From contig ML992501.1 of the NCBI GenBank assembly GCA_010093995.1, forward strand, positions 2,049,320-2,113,319: a stretch of 64,000 nt of DNA, in the 5' to 3' direction. This stretch comes from Elsinoe ampelina (Eukaryota). Below the pieces are notes generated by a model. The model saw only the letters and a program-made list of their open reading frames with translations, did no database searches and had not been told where the DNA came from. Numbering within the stretch: the stretch's first letter is position 1; every line of letters begins with the position of its first letter. A program made the translations under genes and the position numbers. Of the stretch, positions 56,057 to 64,000 are shown one piece after another.

Positions 56057-58063
56057 TTCCCGAATTATGCGGTGTTGTTGTGTATCTGAGATACAGATAC
56101 AGACAAAGGGTGCTTCCGAGTGTGCAAAGACGTACAGTAAAAATGCAGCCTAAGGATAATCTAAGCGCAAGACCGTGGGATGCGTCCGAGCCCTGGATGA
56201 GTCTTGCAAAACGGGATGGTTTGTTCCTGTGCTACGACTTGACCCGAAGTAACGAGACTTGACGTAGCGATATGCGGTGCAACACGGAAGAGCTGCAGTA
56301 TGCAAGATCCCGAGCCGGCAAGCGGGTGCAAGTGCTCGCGCGCGATGCAGGAGGATACGCAGCCTCGTGTGATACACAGATGATAGAGAGGGCGGGGCCC
56401 TGGCAACAGGAGTCGCAGAGTTACAATGTCGCGACCAGAGGTATCAGTATTCAGCGTCCTTCTCTTTGCTCATGTTGGCATTCGGATCAATTGGAGAAGA
56501 GGGGGCGGTCAACGAGGCGCTAAATGTTGACGGCGATCTTATTCTTCCTCGTCGTCGTTCTTGCTCTGGGATGCAGTGCTTCGTATCCAGAGACTTGTCG
56601 CAAACCGAAATCCTCGCTCCAATCGACCAGAATTGATGTAAAGAGTTGGTCTCCCTTCGATATGCGGGCCAGGGAGCAGTTGGTGTAGAGAGCGACGTGT
56701 GTGCGGCGTGTGAAAGTCTCGCGCGACAGACGGACGAGACTATCGTCGACGAGGAACTCGAGGAGGTTGGAAAAGCCAACGTCTCTCCCGGAAGGGGATA
56801 TCTCAAGGGGAGGGTGCAGTGAGAGGGCGTGATCGCAAAACGCACGTCTCTGGTCTTCAGGTTCCCCTGGGAATCCCTGAGATAGGCTTGGCCGGCACTA
56901 GAGCGGGAGTGTCCACTGGGAGAAGCCACTCCAGCGTCGACGGGTGCCACATCTGGCAATTGACCGTTGTTATTGAAGGCCTACCCAACCTCAATTGCTA
57001 GCCTGGTACTCGTGGAAGCACCGTTGCATAACGCTATATTCCCTGTTGGGGTTTCACTCTATCGCACATTGACAATGCAGTTTCCCATAGGTGCTGACGT
57101 AGCGATAGATACTATGGTACTGCACAGCAGCTCATACAAGGATCCCTTTTGCGGTACGGGTAGGATCATAGCTTCGATTCTACAGTTATCGAGGAACCAC
57201 TTCTCTCTGCGGCCTCTGCCCTGTAGTCGCGCGGATACTTCCATGCCGACCCGCTGTCGGTCCTTGACATCTTGACAGCAATTTCATCGGACCAGGTCAT
57301 GGTTGTTGCGGTCATGTTTTAAAACATCAATGTTGTCATGGATTTGCCAGGTCCGCCGAGCAGGGAGGCAGATGAGGGGCTGTCTGAGAGGGTGTGCCCA
57401 GTCATTCATCACACTCGTGTTGCCGCCTTCATGTTCTGGAAGAGGGATCAGTCAATCCTGCAGTGTCTCTGCTTCAAAGAGTGTGGCTGTATCAAGATGC
57501 GGGCAGGATCTGGCACCGTCGCAATAGACGATGCATCGTGTCCGGCAGACGGCTCAAGAGCCATGCTTAAATGTGTGCAGATCCAGAAGGCGTCAGTGTC
57601 CGTATCGAAAGGCATCATAAAACGTCCAAGATTGAAGCATGACTTCTCAGGACTTGTCACCAGTAAAGACCCTTGGCGCCGCTGCCGCCCTGCACATGTT
57701 CTGCGCGATTGCTGGCATTCATCTGCAGGAACCTGGTTGATCCGCCACTGCGAGCTCACTGTTCCGGCTTGCTTCGGTCCAAAACTTGTCCACACAATCG
57801 TGTTGTGCTCGTCTAAAACTGCGCTTAACGATCGCCATCATCTCACCAGCCCAAAACCTTCATCTCTTCCGTAATCGATTTTCCCCTAAGTACAGGTGCA
57901 GGCGAAACAGCGCACCACGGGTTTCGCTATCTATCATGGCTGAGTATCGCCTGGCTCCAGGCTACGGCGACGAGGCTTCACTTCTTCATCCACCGTGACC
58001 GTTGACACATCTTCCGTCCATCAAAGCCTCACTTTCCCAAACCGCTTCAGCTTGAACATCGCC

Positions 58064-59104
58064 ATGTCGCACACACCAACCATGGATCCGTCAACAATAC
58101 GTCCAAAATTCCTACCGACTCACAATGATCTGGGTCTGGTCGCAGTCGGTTTCTCTGGCGGACAGGTACTTGGCTCCAGAACACAATTTGCGGCTGACCA
58201 ATGCTAACTCGAGTAGTGCAAAGATGGCGTCGATGCTGCACCCATGGCCTTGATCGAGTCAGGCTTGATTGACCAACTCAAGGATGAGCTCGAATACAAA
58301 GTGCACTACGATGGGCAGGTCCACGCTTACACCGAGCTCATGCCAAAAGACGACCCAGATCACCGTGGGATGAAGAAGCCAAAGGCGGTCAGTGCGGTCA
58401 CGCAAGCCCTCAGCAAGCAGGTTTACGAACATGCGCGGGAAGGACGCTTTGTTCTCACACTGGGAGGTGATCATTCCATTGCTGTTGGCACCATCTCCGG
58501 GACTGCCAAAGCCATCAGGGAAAGACTCGGTAGAGAAATGGCTGTGATTTGGGTCGATGCTCATGCAGACATCAACACACCAGAAACGTCGGACAGCGGA
58601 AACATACATGGCATGCCGGTAGCCTTCCTTGCAGGTTTGGCAACGGAGAAGAGGGAGGATATCTTTGGCTGGCTCAAAGATGAACATCGTATCAGCACCA
58701 AGAAACTTGTCTACATGGGTCTGCGTGATGTGGACAGGGGCGAGAAGAGAATTCTGCGAGAGAACGGCATCAAGGCCTTCTCCATGCATGATATCGACAG
58801 GCACGGAATTGGCAAGGTCATGGACATGGCGTTGGGCTGGATTGGTAGCGACACGCCCATCCATTTGTCCTTCGACATTGATGCACTTGACCCGATGTGG
58901 GCTCCCAGTACCGGTACAGCTGTGAGAGGAGGTCTGACTCTCCGCGAAGGCGATTTCATCGCCGAGTGCGTGCACGAGACTGGCAGTCTGGTGGCATTGG
59001 ACCTTGTCGAAGTCAACCCGAGCTTGGAGAGTCAGGGCGCAAGTGAGACCATTCGAGCAGGCTGCTCTATTGTGAGGTGTGCTTTGGGCGACACTCTCTT
59101 GTAG
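58064..59104 (+). CDS. CAR1: Arginase
   Basis: GFSGGQ/C across an intron ~58166-58216; LGGDHS, WVDAHADIN, SGNIHGMP, SFDIDALDP, VEVNP. Confidence 0.97.
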
Positions 59105-59616
59105 ACGAGGACTTTCGTTGTGCTTCATGACGGGCATAGACATGAATAGACAGGGGCGGCACTCGTCTTCCTAGCTCCAGAATACTCTCTTAATGCATAC
59201 AGCTTTCCAGCTTACCAACCGCTAGTACACAAGGTCCTGCATCACCACGCGGCTCGACGGATGATCGACAACTGCAAGGTACAATTTTCGAAGGGCTCGT
59301 CTTTGGGGGCTTGTCTTCGGCTCCTCATTGCAATCTATCCCCGCATCTCACCGATCGTGCTGGAGGGTGAATCGGAACTTGCTTGGGTCAAAACGTCATA
59401 CCGAGAGCACTTTTACTGCATCTCTCGACCCATCACGGCAGGGGATCACAGATGTGCAGCATTACGACTATTGCCCTTTAGCTCACGACTTTTCGTCATG
59501 GTAGGTGCAATTTGACAAGGTATTACAAATTGATCTGCTTCTTTTGAGCATTACTTGAGGATGGGCTCCCCTCACTGGTGCTCGAGCCAGTACTCGACAG
59601 GTCTTTTGAGCTCAAG

Positions 59617-60944
59617 ATGCATTTCTCAATCGTCCTTGCTGCCACTGCCTTGGCTTCAGCATCCAGTGCTCAGAACATAATCACAGACTCTGGTCGGGCT
59701 GGACCTCCTCTCGACTTGGTTTTCCTCTTTAACAACCAATGGCCGACTGGAATCGCCGTCTCTGCCACGGGCCGCAAGTTCGCCAACTACCCAGCAGGTC
59801 TTGATGGCAACAACACCAACAATGGAAGCAACGGTAGATATCAGGTAGCAGAGCTGACAGGCAACTCAACCGAGACTCCCTATCCCAGCGCCGACTTCAA
59901 CAATCCACCGGGAGGAGCCATCAACTTCACCACCACGCCGCCCTCTGGCGCGAATTACCAAGACCGCTTGATCGGTGTGCAAAGCGTCGTCATTGACAGT
60001 GCTGATCGTCTCTGGATCCTCGACACAGGGCGAGCACTTACCGAGGAAGGTGTCCTTGCTACGGCTGCCATCGGCGGAGCAAAGCTCGTTGGTATCGACC
60101 TCACGACTGACTCTGTCATCAAGACAATCACGTTCCCAAATACAGTTGCCTACCCTGACACCTACCTGAATGATGTGCGTTTCGACCTCAATCCCGACTT
60201 GACCGACAGTGGAGAGGGTGTCGCCTACATCACTGACTCGTCTGTCGAGGGTAGGACAGGCCTCATTGTCGTTGATTTGGGATCAGGGGAGTCCTGGAGA
60301 CATTTGGATAATAGTCCATACGTACAAGGTGACCGACAGTTCCTTGGCTATGTATGGGGCCGCGAGCTGTACGCCTTCCAAGCTGGCAAGCCCGCGACCT
60401 TCCTTACTTTCGGTGCCGATGGTATTGCACTCGGCGCCGACGGAAAGGATCTGTACTTTGGCGGTGTCGGAAACAGATACTTGTACAGCATTCCAACCGA
60501 GAGGCTCCTCGACAATGGACCATTTTCAGAGATCCAAGCTCAGGCATCTGTCGTGACAAGGAGCCAGAAGGGTCTCGCTGACGGCTTCGAAACGGACACG
60601 AATGGCTTCATCTACCACGGCAACTTGGAATTCAATGCCATCAGTTTCTTCAACCCTGCGAATGGTACCGACCAAGTGTTTGTCAGAGACCCGCGGCTGA
60701 ACTGGGTAGATACGGTAAGCCCAGCCACCTCATTTTTTCTTATCGTTTCACATCTGACCGCAAGCAGTTCTCTGTGGCGGCAGACGGCTACATCTATTTT
60801 ACGAACAACCAGTTGTGTTTCGGACCGGCCATTTACCCCGGCCAAGATGACCGCGTGAGGCCTTTCACGCTGTACCGGGCAAGATTGCCTAACGGTGGCA
60901 CCAAGGTGGGAAGCGGCTCGAATAGCACTCGTAGGGCGGGTTGA
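59617..60944 (+). CDS. Secreted major royal jelly / Yellow family beta-propeller protein
   Basis: Signal peptide; VQSVVIDSADRLWILDTG, YLNDVRFD, AYITDS, GADGIAL, DPRLNWVDT; intron ~60715-60767. Confidence 0.92.
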
Positions 60945-61365
60945 ATTGCTTTGTAGAGGTTACATATGCCGTGTAGGCGTCGTGCACTCGAGTGAGGAAG
61001 CATGGAATAACACCAAGAATAACTGTACCTTGACAAAATGTTCCTGTCCATCAGCTTGATGCATATCCTTCTTCGGATCAGATCGGGCCAGGTACAATCG
61101 ACGCTGTCGGCAGGAACGCTTGCCGTATTTGGCGTTAGCGTAAACCGTGCGTTGCTCGGCCAGCTCCTGCGGCAGACGAGAATGGACGTGCGAAATGTGG
61201 GAGCCTTGGGAATCGCCGTGGTGACGCAAGAGAGCCGGTCCACTCCCTCGCAGCTCTCGGTCCTGGGTGTGGGCTTCGGTTGATCGTCTGACCTTCCAGC
61301 TCTGCTCTTCTTCAACAAACACTCCATCTCCCTCTTCCACCTTTCCTGTTCACAACACAGTCATC

Positions 61366-62660
<1,295 letters not shown>

Positions 62661-63462
62661 ATGTGTACTGTACGAGCATGATGGAATGGGAATGAGAATG
62701 ATATCCTGAAAGCCAGAGTGTGACGTCCTCGAATGGACCGGAGTGGAATAGGAATACAGCGCTCCAATTTCTTCTTTGTAATCACTGTTCGATAGTCCCG
62801 GGAATCTCAGATATAATTGAATCAAACGTATATGCCGAAAGGCCAGCGTTGGCGGTGACGAAAGTGGAAGTATCTATACGCGTACAGCGAAGGATGAATT
62901 TCCAACTGTCACATGCAGAACCCATACGAAGCCCCCCTACCCACATGTTGCGTCGGTTATCCGCTAAAAAGAACATTCAAGCAGAACGATTATTGGGCCT
63001 CCCAGATCTGATCAGCCAGAAGCGACTTTCGCTTAGGCAAGAAACTTCAAACCAAGCTCATTCGCAGAGACCCATCCGAGCGAATGAGCTGCCAGCTTTG
63101 ATATTGTCGTCAGCGATTTTGAACAACTCTTGGATAGCTAGCTCTGGACGAGGGGGAAACAACAGATATGTCAGTTTATCCATGTGCTTAAGACCCATGT
63201 TACCTTTCTCTACTTTGCTGTGACGTTCTCTGCTCCCACTCTGTATGATCCGTTGAGAAGTCCAATCCTAGGGCTCTTTGAACCAACGGTTGCAAGCTAC
63301 GACCGATCCACGATAGTGACGTTTCCACGAGTCCACGAGCTAGCGACCTCTACCAACAAGTTACTGCTAGGTCTGCCGTTCACTACATTTCATACTAAAC
63401 AACTCTTGGACCCCTTCGCATTCGACCGGCTGCTCTCTGCTGCAGTCACACAGCTCAGAACA

Positions 63463-64000
63463 ATGTCAGCCATCGGGTGGGGCCTATTAGGGCTCTTCGT
63501 CCTCTACTGGGGAAACTACTTTCGCTGTCTTCAGAAGAACTTGAACGATGCAAGACAGTCTGGACTACCATATGTCATTACACCAATCTACTTTCTCAAT
63601 CGCAAATGGCTTGTTCAGTCGAGACTATGGCTGCCTCTCCTGCGCAAGCTCCCCGCTCCCCTGCGCGGACTCTGGGTAGAGTACGAGATGTTCCCTTCAC
63701 CTCCTTAGATTGGTCTAACCTCGCACAGCATGCTCGACAACGAATGGGTCTGGAAGATCAAGCGGAAGCCCTTTGATATGCTCAACTGCAACGCCTTCCT
63801 CGTCGTCGCTCCAGGCAAGAACTCCCTCTTTGTAGCCGACGCCGAAGCCATCTCCCAGATCGCGATTCGACGCAACGACTTTCCCAAGCCTGTACAAATC
63901 TACACGTCAGTCGACATCTTTGGCAAGAATGTGGTCAGCACGGAAGGGAGCATCTGGCGGCATCATAGGAAGATCACATCCCCACCATTCACGGAGAAGA
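63463..64000 (+). CDS. Cytochrome P450, 5' part (runs off the window)
   Basis: N-terminal membrane anchor; after an intron RRNDFPKP..IFGKNVVSTEGSIWRHHRKITSPPFTEK (WxxxR C-helix). Confidence 0.8.

Noticed and set aside
56444..57874. ORFs of 171 and 178 aa in the MIT-arginase intergenic region
   Set aside because: No motifs or codon bias; no transposase or terminal repeats seen
58259..59143. 294-aa antisense ORF over arginase
   Set aside because: Antisense shadow of a codon-biased gene; no independent features

Overview
Gene-dense eukaryotic DNA from a filamentous ascomycete (Pezizomycotina; short GT-AG introns with CTAAC/CTGAC-type branch points; a black-yeast/Eurotiomycete origin is only an impression). 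About 32 protein genes. The first ~16 kb looks accessory: a large intronless protein of unknown function, a frameshifted class I glutamine amidotransferase, an FAD oxidoreductase, an F-box-like protein, an MBOAT acyltransferase, a Kex2-type repeat precursor paired divergently with a secreted Gly-rich protein, an MscL channel and an orphan catalase C-terminal fragment. The rest is mostly conserved housekeeping genes (AIM24, ATM1, pseudouridine glycosidase-kinase, OST1, ZIM17, CUL3, GH128, VTC4, Yippee, NEDD8, Elongin A, THO7, tubulin cofactor A, MCM4, PHB2, arginase, PEP4), plus a Yellow/MRJP protein and the start of a P450. The most notable items are (1) an intronless four-module RNA repair protein (2H phosphoesterase + CX5R phosphatase + P-loop kinase + ATP-dependent RNA ligase) sitting among housekeeping genes, (2) at least eight ~1 kb blocks in which the strand switches abruptly from C-rich to G-rich regardless of gene orientation, affecting codons, introns and amino acids, and (3) the secreted repeat-peptide precursor. 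No tRNA, rRNA, transposon or CRISPR was recognised. All calls come from reading motifs by eye; exon boundaries are manual estimates.
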